From Sphyrna mokarran (lineage: Eukaryota), in the NCBI GenBank assembly GCA_024679065.1, contig JAGIQG010000024.1, forward strand, positions 26,288,001-26,352,000: DNA of 64,000 bases, written 5' to 3'. The translations under genes were made by a program, and so were the position numbers. Numbering within the stretch: the first letter of the stretch is position 1; each line of letters starts with the position of its first letter. Positions 39,376 through 51,600 of this stretch are shown in pieces. A model generated the notes under the pieces. It worked only from the letters and a program-made list of their open reading frames with translations. It searched no databases and was not told the DNA's origin.

Positions 39376-39495
39376 CTTCTGCACCTGTAGTTGAGCTGTT
39401 GTCTGATCTTGTTCCAGCCTTATTGGGCCCAAGGCTGTCAACTTTCGCATGGTTTCTGCTACCCAGGTAAGTTCGGAGTCAGCAGCCTGCTCATA
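39376..39495 (-). CDS. MACF1: MACF1 exon ([40 protein letters not shown])
   Basis: 120 nt, tag / gtagga. Confidence 0.93.
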
Positions 39496-40369
39496 CTAGC
39501 AGAAAGGAGAAGCGGCAAGTAGCATTAAGGAAACAAAGCAGACACGCAGCTGCGACAAAAACACACGGACAGAAACGAAACGGAACGGAACTGCAATTTG
39601 GAACAGAGGTAGTGCCAGAAAAATTGAGCAAAACCACTTTGACTCTCAGTTAAAAAGTGTATTAGCTCATTGCTTAGAGCAGTTTCACAACTTTTTAGAA
39701 CAGTACACATGGCCCACAGCTGGCCCTGTTTTGTTGCAATGCACAGTAATACAGTGCTAAATTTAGTTTTATTTATTTTAATGCAAGATGTTGGGAAGGA
39801 TAATTACATTTAGCAATTTTATAAAAAATTGATTTAGTAAAAATAATGCAAATTAATTCTAAATTAAAATGAAATCTGGAAATTCAAAATGTATCTTGTA
39901 TACTGACACTGACTGTTTTGAATTGCAGATCAAAGGAATATATTTACTAGCACTCAAAACAGATTTGAATCATGTTTTACTGTATCAACCAAAAAGGTAT
40001 GATTTTGATTCCCAGTGAGGGCAAGCAGGATAGGACAGAGTAACGAATGTGCAGCAACACTAAACATTGTCGAAGAATTTAACCATCTCCTATGTAGCAA
40101 TGTTTTAAGCAAAAGAATATACTGAACTCAGCAAAGAGTGAGAACAGTAATCATCTTAAGATTTTGATCTCTGTCTCAATTACCTGTATTTCATTTTGCA
40201 AAGCATTTCAAACCCTGACAGCTGTGTAAAGTCATATCTTCTATATATGCTTCTCAGTTTTAGTGATGGTTTTACCTATTTATCGCATCAAAACATTTAC
40301 AACTTTAAAAAGCTTTATGTCACCTCTTCTTTGCCCTTTTTTCTTCAGTATGCCTTAGCATAGCACACC

Positions 40370-40820
40370 TTACCAAGGATATACTGATCCAGGAAGGAGT
40401 GGAACATAGATTTTCCAGAATGATACCGGGACTCAAGGGCTAAATCAAAGGGAGATTAGACAAGCTAGGGTTGTATTCCTTAACATTTAGGAAATTAAAA
40501 GTTAGTTGATTAAATTTGTCAAGAATTTAAAAGGGAACTGATAAAGAGATGACTGTTGCCTTGGAAATACAGGGCTCAGATAAAGCATAGAAGGTTAGAG
40601 CCAGGGATGAAGTTAGGAAACAATTCTAAGTGTCCAGTGAGGCAGAAATTTCTACAAGCTGGGTCAGTTAATTTTAACTAGGAGACAAACGTATTTTTGC
40701 TAGATTAAGGGAAATGAAGCACCGACAGGTATAGGAAACTAAATCACAGGTTAGCAGGCTCTCACTAAACGGTGGAATAGATTTAAAGAGTTAAATGATC
40801 TGCTTGTGCTCCTATAACCT
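40370..40820 (+). mobile_element. CR1 LINE 3' fragment, decayed
   Basis: F.RMIPGLKGL...RLDKLGLYS remnant. Confidence 0.65.
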
Positions 40821-42354
40821 CAGAGCTCCAATGACTAACTTGAAATTTTCATGCCTTTTAGTACAATGCTCATCATTTATATTAAATAGCCTGCTCTGAT
40901 CTGAGTGTACTTTCTTGTGAATCCTAATGAGGAAACAGGAGTTGGAAAAGGAAGCAGTTTTTCTTTGTCAGTATCCGCACTGGTTCATGTTTGTCCATAT
41001 CGAATTTGACAGGATTAAAGTTTTGAGGATATGTTTGACATTGCAAAAATCAAGAAGTCAACATAATGCAGGGTCAGCGTTATTTAACATTTCTTGTAAG
41101 ATGTCAAAAGTAGTTATCAAAATACTTCAGATGTTGAACATTTAGAATGGACTTTAATAGTTACAAATTAACCCAGGCCCTGCTGCAGAATGAAAAGAAT
41201 TGTTTCGTTTGTACCATTAAAAATGTAACAATATTTGTTATCTTTCATTACTGAGGGCCATTTTATGGTAAATTCATAATAAAACACTGCAATAATGTTA
41301 ACTTTGGAACCCATATTTCATTCACCAGCAGCTTCAGAATGTTTCCATTTTAATCCTGTTAACATTTTCAAGCGTACAGAGGAAAGCAGAATAGGTGAAT
41401 TTTGTTTGATGTGACTCTTCAGAAAGTGAAGAACCACGAAGTTTGACAGTGGATTAGTTAGCTACTGAAGAATCAGAAAGCTCTTGAAAGTGATGACAAC
41501 ACATAATACATAAAACATAGCAAAGTTTAACCCTTTTAGCGTTGCATATCTTTAACAGCATTCTGCTAGCCAAGTTTCCCATTTATATTTATTTTTCAGC
41601 CTTAATCTGCAAAATTGTATTTGAAAAAGAAAGAAAAACTGAAGAATTATCAATACCCTCCCATGGAAAACTTGTATCAAAAATGTTTCTCTGCATCTCA
41701 AAAATAGTATCCTTAAAGGGTTAAACATTAAAGAACTTCTAACAAATAAGTTAGGCAAAGCACACTTTACAGCAACTAGGTCCATAGCAGTTATTTGAGT
41801 GAAGTATGCCGAGTGCTGACTTATGACTAATGATTAGATTACATAATCAATTTATATAAATCAAACACAGTGTAAATAGAATATATATAAATCAGCCATG
41901 GTTTACAAATATTAGGCCACAAATAACTGATATATGATTCTAAAGAGTGACTATTCTTAAACATGCTCAATTGCGCTGATAAAATAGAGAACTTTATAGA
42001 AAACCACATTTGGTAAGATCCACCTCATCATGCTTTGAATTTCATGCTATCAACTCCTTCATACATGTAGCTGACACAATCATAATTGTTGAATAATGGA
42101 TAACCTCATGAATACCATACTGTGAAGAGAGTCATAATAGAAATGACAACCAACAGACAGTTTTCTTATTATAATGCTGATGAAAACATTCATGTTAAAT
42201 GGGCTACCATTGGCATTATGGCTGGAAAAACACATTTTTTACAAATAACTAAGGCACTGCTTTCAACTGCCATGCTCATTCAGAAAGAAATAAGTGATAC
42301 AATTTACAAACTCATTCCATCTTATTATATGAGCTATTGGCCAACTGTGTAAAA

Positions 42355-42840
42355 AGAAAAAAAGAGACATATTGAAGCTTTTCATCTTGCACTTATCAGG
42401 ACATAATACAAGAACACCGATGTGTGGAAAATATCAATTTATGCTGTATGAGAAGAAAGTGCTGGTTGGTTGGGAAGTAGATTCTGATTGGTAGAGACAG
42501 TATCATAGAGAATACAGCAGATGAATGATAATTAACTGCCAAGCATTGTTCGAAATTTAAACCAGGCAGTTGGCCTTGTTTCCTCAGGGCAGTGCCTTCA
42601 CCAAAGAGTCAGTGAATGGTAATTTATTTTGACTGAAACAGGCTCAATATGCATACCTGATCTTTCTGTCTGCAAATAACAAGGCACTGTGTAATATGTA
42701 GTTTCCACTAGATGCAAATATGTCACATTGTGAGCCTAACTGATGATCTTATATTGGCTACTAGCATAATTCTTTACACAACGAGGATCATTGTTTACAA
42801 ATAAAGTGCAGATGAAAAGCTTCAACATGTCCTTTTTTCA
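42355..42840. mobile_element. ~490-bp element with ~40-bp terminal inverted repeats (possibly Penelope-derived)
   Basis: aaagagacatattgaagcttttcatcttgcactta versus aagtgcagatgaaaagcttcaacatgtcctttt. Confidence 0.65.
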
Positions 42841-42929
42841 GCAATACTCAAGCTCTGTACTACCAAATAATTATCTCAAATTAAACCACATGGAGTTAAA
42901 CTGTGATATGGACTTTTAAAAAGAAGTTC

Positions 42930-43670
42930 AACATGATCTTCTTGCTCTTTTAATAATAAAGCTCTGAATATGATATGCTCTATTAACTGGTCTCTCAACT
43001 TGTCCCTCAATGATCTTATGCACACATACATTCAGATTCCTCTGCCAATGTATCTCTTTAAGAGTGATAGCCCTCATTTTATACTGCCTGTCCATGCTCT
43101 TCCTTCCAAAATGCATCATCTCACACTTCTCACTAATCTTCATCTGCCGTCTATCTGCCCGCTCTATATCCTTTTTAAGTTCTACACAGTTCTTTCACAG
43201 TTTACAATACTTGCAAGTTTTATATCATCTGCAAACTTTGAAATTATCCCCTGCGTATTAAAGTGTGGATCATTAATCTTTGTCAGAAGCAACAAGGATC
43301 CCAATATCAATCCTAGAGAACACCATTACAAACCTTCCTCCAACCTGAAAAATATCCATTAACCATTTTTGGTTTTCTATTATTCAGCCAGTTTTTGTAC
43401 CCATATTGTCCCTTTTATTCCATCAGCTATAATTTCTCACAGGTCTATTGTGTGGTATTGTATCAAATGTCTTTTTGAAAGTCTATGTACACTACATTAG
43501 CAGCATTGCCCTCACTGATTCTTTGTTTCCTCTTCAAAAAATTCCAGCAAGTTGATAAAAAATGATTTTAACTTCTAGAAATTATGCTGGTTCTTTCTAA
43601 TCAACGTTTTTCCATGTGAACTACTAATTCTATCCCAAATGACTGTTTTACAAGCTTGCCCGCCACTGAT
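42930..43670 (-). mobile_element. CR1 LINE ORF2 fragment
   Basis: EKCEMMHFGRKS, ISKFADD and DFQK.FD remnants. Confidence 0.82.
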
Positions 43671-44699
43671 TGCAAAATAAGTCAGTATTTGAAACCAAGA
43701 GGATATGGAATCAAAATATCTGTTTAGGATCAAACATATTCTTTTTGAATGCATAATTATTATACATGATAAAATTTTCCCTTTGGATGTTCACAATGTT
43801 AGAAAACTCATACAGTAGACAGGTTATATTGGCATTTATCATATTAGAAAGTATAGAATGGTTTTTAAGATGTTTTCTCCTCTTTCTTGGATTTCTTTAC
43901 ATTATAATTAAATTTTGGCTCAGAGATACTTATCCTCACCAAAGCTGGTCTGATATTAGTGATTTGAAGCATAAGAAGTATTCTCCTGCTCACTTTCCTT
44001 TATTTCTATAGAAAAGTGCCTGGAATAACTATTGCCCTTCCCTCTTTATTGTTTCTGAGACTTTTCATCCCAGGGTTCCATTATAAGTGTGTTCTATGGA
44101 TTAGGATACAACTAATTTAATTTAATCACAAGTTTATAGTGGAGATTCTAAGACACAAAACATTATTCAATGTCTGGTCTGTCCAATATTTGCCTATTGC
44201 AACTAGTTAATGCACGCCTTCATCTTTGTGGGCTAATTAGGTGCATATAATGTTCCATGTGTCATATATAAATTTTAAATCAGCGCTCTCATTAATCTGC
44301 AGATATTTCAAGTTGCTGATATTTGGAGTTGTAACTTAGGATTTATCCACTCATGAGGTATCCAATACAAATCTACAAACTTTCATTTCAATAAACAATC
44401 TGCAAGTAGTACAGGGCCAAATGAAAAGTAATTGCCTCGAATTCTTCAGCCAGATCTCCAGGGTTCATGGGCCAGACTTCTTGGAGTTCACTGGTCAGGC
44501 AGGTTATAATTTGGACAATCCTGCTTTTCAAACATTATAGTTATAAACATTAGTTTGCAATCCTTGCTCTTGCTTGTTTCTGTAACTGGCACTTGCATTA
44601 TGGCAACATCACATACATTTCAGAATAGCTGGATATGCTTTGTTAATAGGCTAAAACCATTACACAAACACATCTATATGTGCTTCTGAGGAAATCTAC

Positions 44700-44906
44700 C
44701 TGTTGTGATCTCTGAATGGCAGCATCTATTGCTTCAACTTTCTGTGTTATAGTGTCGCTGACAGTTTTGTATCGCTCGTTGGCTTCTGCCACCTGCCGAT
44801 CCAGACCTTCTCGTGCTCTCCATGGCACTAATTCCAGCAGTGCATTGCTCACTTCATTAATTGTGTCCAGAACTAGTCGGTATTCCATCACTTCTTTCTT
44901 CAACTC
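44700..44906 (-). CDS. MACF1: MACF1 exon ([14 protein letters not shown]...DAAIQRSQQ)
   Basis: 207 nt, GT-AG. Confidence 0.94.
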
Positions 44907-45068
44907 CTGGATGTTAAGAATAGAAGCTTAATATTCAGACTACTGCATGTCTGCAGTAATTTACCAAACGTGTCAGATGATAAAAACAATAAAATGTGAA
45001 TGTTATTCCATTTTCTTCCTTTCCTAGTTCATTTTTGCCGACTCTAAATGCCTGACCACTGTGCTTAC

Positions 45069-45310
45069 CTTTTGTCTTTCATGCACCTGTGGAATCTGTT
45101 CTCCAATTGGTGACTGTGGAGCGCTTGCAGCAAGTTCAGCCTCCACGAGATCAAGCCAGCCACACAGTTCCTCATTAAAGGCCTGGAATTTTGTTGCAAG
45201 CTGCAGAACCTGCTCTAACGTTTTCAGCGCCCTGGAACTGGAAGAAGTAATTTCTGCATAACGACTCTTAATACCATCCAATTTCTCCTGAATTATTATT
45301 ACTTCTTCAC
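45069..45310 (-). CDS. MACF1: MACF1 exon (EEVIIIQEKLDGIKSRY...HERQK)
   Basis: 242 nt, phase 1-0. Confidence 0.94.
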
Positions 45311-46695
45311 CTGAGGAAATGAAATATCAGTGAAGAAAATATTGAACAGATATGCACAAAAAAAGGAATATCTTAACATTCAAACAAGAGCAGGTCAAGA
45401 ACTACAAAAGTCCTAGTTTTTTATTGGAATCTGATTGGGCATTCCACTCAAAAAAGGACTAAAACCTCTAGATTGAAGAACTGTAAAATTACGACTATAA
45501 ATACCTGTGAAACGATTTTGCTTCACTTGTGGGTCTAATTTGCAAACCATCCATTCAAATTTGTTCAAACATCCATTCATCTAACTTAGTGAATCCAAAA
45601 TGCTGATATCTACTTTTTTAAAATTAATTGAATGTTTCAGAAGTAGTCTGCTGGTACAGTACATTTAAAAACTATGAATGGTAAATACACATCAAGTTCC
45701 ATAACAATGTTGAAATAAACATCAATGAATGTTAATGGCGATATTTTGCTTTACTTAGGTGATTACACGAAGAAGTGAACATCTCTATTAAACCACACTT
45801 GCTCAGAAATGTTGGTGGAAACACAAAAATAATTGCTAACACTATGACAATGATCTAGTCAGATTATAGTATAATTTCAACATATTTTGTGTTATATGAA
45901 GGATACAAATAACAAGGATTAAAAAAATCATCTTGGCAGTAAGCCCTCAACATGGTATTTAGAGTCCGTTGCCAACTTTTCAGTGCTCTCTGGGATTCAA
46001 GATGGTACACATTCGATGTAAAGTATCTGATGCTTAAACTATCCATGACCTCCTTAAAAAAAATTAGCAGTAAAATTGGACCCTTGGTCTGACTGAATCT
46101 CCCTGGGTAATCCATAATGGGTAAAGAAAGCGAGCAACTCCTCCATACCTTTTTTATCTTGACATTCTGTAATGGAGTTGCCTCTGTAAATCTGGTAGAC
46201 ACATCCATTACAGTTATCAAATGCTGGTTCCCACTTTCGGGAGGGGACTTATGCAATCAATTATAACCCATGTAAAAGATTCTTCAAATATGGGAACCGG
46301 CATCAAAGATCACTACTTGTGGCTTTCCTACCATCTAACACATACGACAGCTATGACAAAATTCAACCACATCTTTATGTATCCAGCTGAATAAAAATAC
46401 TAGTGCGTCTTAGCTTGTGTTTTCCTCACTCCTAGATGACGTCCTACAGGTAGTTTGTGTGCCACTTGGAATACTTCTGGTAGAATACAATCTGGCAAAC
46501 TTGTGCCCATTTTTCATCTGCACTAACCACCAAGGTCTCCACTTCCCTCTTAAAACTTTATCCTTAAGATAATAGCATTCTGGGATACACTCTGATTCCT
46601 TTTCCGAGTAGGCTTTATGATATAATCCTTTATCACCTCATCTTGCTACTGTAACTCCATTAATTTTTCAGAGCCACATACCTCTGCTTGTTCCT

Positions 46696-47430
46696 AACAG
46701 CAAAATAGACTATTATTTAAACGGTAAAAAAATGCAGCATGTTGCTGCGCAGAGGAACCTAGGTGTCCTTCTGCAAGAATTACCAAGAGTTGGTCACAGG
46801 TACAGCAGGTAATTAAGGCGACAAATGGAATTTTGTCCTTCATTGCTGGAGGGATGGAATTTAAAAACAGTGAAGTTATGTTGCAGCTGTACAAGTTGCT
46901 GGTGAGGCCATATCTAGAGTGCTACATACAGTTTTGGTCTCCTTACTTGAGAAAGGATACAGTGGCACCAAAAGCAGTGCAGAGGAGATTTGCTATGTTG
47001 ACGCCAGAGTTGAGAGGGTTATGAGGACAGACTGAGTAGACTGGGGCTAAACTCATTGGAATTCAGAAGAATGATCTTATAGAAACATAAGATTATGAAT
47101 AGAATAGATAAGGTAGAAGCAGGGAAGTTGTTTCCACTAACGGGTGAAACTAGAACTAGGGGCATAGCCTCAAGATAAGGGGAAGCAGATTTTGGACTGA
47201 GTTGAGAAGGAACTTCTTCATATAAAGGGTTGTGAATCTGTGGAGCTGAGGCTACCTCATTGCATGTTTTTAAGGCAAGAAGAGATAAACTTTTGAACAG
47301 TAAAGGAATTAAGGGTTATGGTGAGTGAGCAGATAAGTGAAGCTGAATCCACAGAAAGATCAGCTATGATCATATTGAATGGTGCACCAGGCTCGGGAGG
47401 CCAGATGGCCTACTCCTGCTCCAGTTCTTA
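46696..47430 (+). mobile_element. CR1 LINE nested in the Gypsy element
   Basis: EVMLQLYKLLVRPYLECYIQFWSPYLRKD; 3' UTR ggcctactcctgctcc. Confidence 0.88.
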
Positions 47431-48439
47431 CTCCTGCTCCTATCTGCTTAGGTTTTTCCTTTACCATCTCATCAAACAGAGTGTCAGCTAATTGTACCTC
47501 AACTCCTTCATCTTTTTTGTACTCCTTTTCTGTTTTAACTTATGGCTGTGGAATCTTGTCACCACACAGTCCAGAAAAATTCCAGGGTATTAATTCCTCA
47601 ATTCTCTGGTTTTCTTTTGGTAATTCCATTACTATAGGCATCACTCCCACCTGTGATCCAGCTATATTGTTTCCAAGAATAAACTATATTCCTGGAATAC
47701 CCAAGTTTTCCATTATTCCCACCATCACTCCCTAGTCTTGATTTGACTTTCTAGTGATATCTTATACAGGGGAACATTATTCCTCTCTCTTTTTATTCCA
47801 TAGATTATCACTGTCTTGGGCAACATTTCAGAAAGAGTGCAAATATTTTCATCTCTTACTATTAGAGACAGACTAGCTTCCATGTCTCTAAATATTTTAA
47901 CTTCTTTACTTATTCCCCCTGTTCTACCTGAGTAAATCTTATCCACACAGGTCAAATCTTTGAAAAGGTCAGGCACTATTTCACAATCCAACACGTGCCT
48001 AGGCTATGCACTTTCCTTCAGTTCCTCAACTTCTCTCAGGATTTCCTTCACTCCTTCAACTAATCTGACTAGTTGAGCCTTTTTTTTTACCATATCCTTT
48101 TTCCCAGTGCCTTTCTTAAGCCACTAAAGTACTGTGACTTTGTGTGTCCCACCTTATTACAGTGAAAATACCTGAGGTCCTTCACCTCTTTTCCATCCTT
48201 TTAGGTTTCTTTCTACATGTGATAAGCTGTTCCCAATGTGATCTACTTTGTTTTTCATTGAAGGATCTCCTTCTTTTCCAATTTCTATCCCTCACAGAAT
48301 GAAATTGCTCTCTGAAGCTAGATTTTCATTTATGCACTAATGTCTATTCATCTGCCACCTCTGCAGCTCTTTTCACTGTTTCTGCCCCTCAACATGAGTT
48401 CTTATTACTTATGGAAGTGAGTTTTCAAACTCTTCCAGC

Positions 48440-49201
48440 TAAGACTCCTACCTTTGATGAATGAGTACACTATCAAAGGTAGGAGTCTTAACTGTGTGGA
48501 AGAGCAGAGGGATCTTGGGGTCCAGGTCCATAAGATTCTCAAATCGGCCTCCCAGGTGGAGGATGTGGTTAAGAAAGCTTACGGTGTACTGGCCTTCATT
48601 CATCAAGGAATTGAGTTCAGGAGTCAGGAGGTAATGCTGCAGCTTTATAGGACCCTTGTCAGACCACACTTGGAGTACTGTGCGCAGTTCTGGTCGCCTC
48701 ACTATAGGAAGGACGTGGAAGCTATTGAAAGGGTGCAGAGGAGATTTACAAGGATGTTGCCTGGATTGGGAGGCATGCCTTATGAAGACAGGTTGAGGGA
48801 GCTGGGACTGTTCTCCCTGGAGAGACGAAGGTTGAGAGGCGACCTGATAGAGGTTTACAAGATGTTGAGAGGAATAGATAGGGTGGACTCTCAGAGACTA
48901 TTTCCCAGGGCTGAAATGGTCGCGACGAGAGGGCACAGATTTAAGGTGCAGGGAAGCAAGTACAGAGGGGATGCTAGGGGAAAGTTTTTCACTCAGAGGG
49001 TGGTGAGTGAATGGAATCGGCTGCCGTCGGTGGTGGTCGAGGCGAACTCGCTGGGGTCTTTTAAAAGACTTCTGGATGAGTATATGGGATCCAATGGGAT
49101 TGGGGGTTATAGATAGGTCTATGGCTGGGTAGGTTTTGATGTGTTCGGCACAACTTGTGGGCCGAAGGGCCTGTTTGTGCTGTAGTGTTCTATGTTCTAT
49201 G
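48440..49201 (+). mobile_element. Apparently young 5'-truncated CR1 LINE nested in the Gypsy gag
   Basis: Uninterrupted 220-aa ORF2 C-terminus (48454-49116: EEQRDLGVQVH...LVRPHLEYCAQFWSP...RRRLRGDLIEVYK), CpGs retained, TGTTCTATGTTCTATG tail. Confidence 0.93.
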
Positions 49202-50182
49202 CAATAATATCTCTAAGAACCTCATATACCCTATCTTTAATGCTCTCATCTATCTATCGAAGTTACTCTGTTTAATTCTTTCAAAATCAATACAAGTCTG
49301 ACCTGGTTCCTTTCTTACATTTCTGTACCATTGTCTGTAAGCTTCTGGTATCAATTCGTACACGCTTAAAAATAGCCCTCTTTACTTGTGTTCTTCTGAA
49401 GCCTCCTCTGACAGTACTGCAAACACCGTGGTAGCCTTATCTACCAACTTGGTTTGAACTAACATTACCCACACCTCCTCTTGCCAGTTCATCTGTGTAG
49501 CCAATTTCTCGAAGGAAATGAAAAAGACTTCTGCACTTTATGTTAATGTTTGAATATGCTTGTATATATCCCTAGCAAGCAGTTGGCTAGGATGAGCTTG
49601 CTCATCATCACTTCTAACTTGCACTCTTACTTGTTATTTGAAGTCTTTTTGCTTCAAATTCCAATTTCATCTTTTCAAATTGGACAATCTTTTCCTTTCT
49701 TTATTTTCCCTCTTTTTCCCTTTCTTTTGCTAGGGCCTTCCTCTTTTTTTCTCTTGCTTCTCTTTTTCTCTTTCTTGTGTTAAGATCTTCCTCGCTCTTT
49801 CTTCTACCTTCAGCCTTTAAGTTTACTTTCCAATTCCAATTGTTTCATTTACAATTTAATTTTTTTCTAACTCCACTGTTTGACGGTTTCTCTGATATAC
49901 CTTAGCTTGGCTAACTCTGCTATAGTTTCAACTTTATCATCATCTCTGGTGAAATCCAATTTTAGCCTGTTTGCTAATTCGTTAAGTGCCATCTTTTACT
50001 GTCTTTTTAAACTTTCTTGGCAAATTTGGGAAGTATCTTCAATCCTCAGAACCTCTTTAATAATACTAACAGCCATTTCCTCACACTTGATTTAACTGAC
50101 TAGAAGTCACCAAAATTGAACAGATTTTCCACTTCTCACTTAAGATTTATTTAAAGATCTAGGATTATTCAAATTCCTGACC

Positions 50183-50192
50183 CGAGCCCCCA
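50183..50192 (-). promoter_or_regulatory. Primer-binding site, tRNA-Pro type (TGGGGGCTCG)
   Basis: Follows the LTR end AACA (50196-50199) after 3 nt; matches the first 10 nt of the tRNA-Pro PBS. Confidence 0.75.
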
Positions 50193-50659
50193 ATCTGTTT
50201 TTAAGTGGAGGTTCACCCCCCGCTCCCCTGTGAACAAACACTGAAACACTCAGATATATCATGCCTTTTAGTTTGTAAAAAGTGAGAGAAGTGGTATGAG
50301 CTGCGCTTCAGCAAGCCCTAGTAGTTAAATGCAAAATAAATTCCTGACACTCACTCTAAAATCAACACGTAACAATTTATTTATCTAACCAACAGTGAAC
50401 AAATTAACTAAACTATTAATTCAAATTGATTGGCTAAATTCAAAAGCCTGCTGTCTTGGTAAAATTACTGCTTGGCCTTTTGACACAAGTGTTTCATTTT
50501 GGTTTCCCTATGTACTTGTTTTTTTAAAAACAAAAAAGCAGCACCTTTTAAAAGGAACTATGCAATGCTTTTCTCCCCCCTGGCATTTTATAATTTTACC
50601 ATTTTTACAAACACCAAATCCTAACTTTTTACCTCTCAATCTACAATTATTCTACCCAA

Positions 50660-50930
50660 CCTCAGCAAGATGGCTAGCACTACTGCCTCAGCGCCATGGG
50701 CCCGAGTTCGATTCCTGGCTTGGGTTACTGTCTGTTTGGCGTTTGCACGTTCTCCCTGTGTATGCATGGGTTTCTGCCAGGTGCTCTGGTTCCCCTCACA
50801 GTCTGAAAGATGTGCTGGTTAGATGCATTGACCCAAACAGGCACTGGAATGTGGCGACCAAGGGAATTTCATAGTAACTTCACTGCAGTTTTAATATAAG
50901 TCTTACTTGTGACTAATAAATCAACTTTAA
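50660..50930 (+). mobile_element. V-SINE (HE1-related head and core)
   Basis: gctagcactactgcctcagcgcc...gagttcgattcc B box; tttgcacgttctccctgtg core. Confidence 0.85.
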
Positions 50931-51274
50931 CAAAGGTTATATGGAAGAATCACAGCTTTGCTTTTAGCCATGTGCTTGCCACTGAAGTGGACTGATAAAT
51001 TCACGACAAGAAAAATAAGCAAAATTAATCAGTTGGATTCCTGCTCTCACTATTCAAGCACATTTAAGGCTGGCAGACAGGAAAATAGTGATTCTCCCTG
51101 TGCAAACTTTTATTGATAGGATATTAGTGTAGATTAAGGTTAGGGAAAGCTAACATTTATTGCTGCAGTAATATATAGCAGTAATGATGAAACAGAATTA
51201 TAAATTAGTTAAGACAAAATATAGTCTTGGCTTGCACTGAGAAACAGGCGAATACCACAGCAATGAAATAAAAG

Positions 51275-51600
51275 TATCATCATAGAAACCTATAGTGCAG
51301 AAAGAGGCCATTCGGCCCATTGAGTCTGCCCAACCACAATCCCACCGAGGCCTTACCTCCACTACATATTAACCTGCTAATTTTCTAATGTACGCATCTT
51401 GGGACACTAAGGGACAATTATTAAGCATGGCCAATCAATCTAAACCACATATCTTTGGACTGTAGGAGGAAACTGGAGCACCGGAGGAAATCCACAGAGA
51501 CACAAGGAGAATGTGCAGACTCCACACAGACAGTGACCCAAGCTGGGAATCAAAACCAGGTCCCTGGAGCTGCGAAGCACCACTGTGTTACTGTGCCATC
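51275..51600 (-). mobile_element. HE1-like V-SINE, near full length
   Basis: Reverse-orientation tail catagaaacc, core ggagaatgtgcagactccacacagacagtgaccc, head. Confidence 0.87.

Larger units (their letters stand above)
45925..50440 (-). mobile_element. Decayed Gypsy/Metaviridae LTR retrotransposon, Gmr1-like order (5' LTR end, PBS, gag-SCAN-CCHC, protease, integrase), 3' truncated
   Basis: PBS at 50183-50192; YELIPEAYRQWYR / LEEFENSLP; YFHCNKVGHTKSQY knuckle; FRDMEASLSL protease; AHKLPVGRHLG...CHSCRMC zinc finger; MDVSTRFTEA and SDQGSNF integrase core. Confidence 0.85.

Noticed and set aside
48454-49116. Longest ORF (220 aa) as an antisense nested host gene
   Set aside because: It is the C-terminus of CR1 ORF2, 5'-truncated, with a LINE tail.
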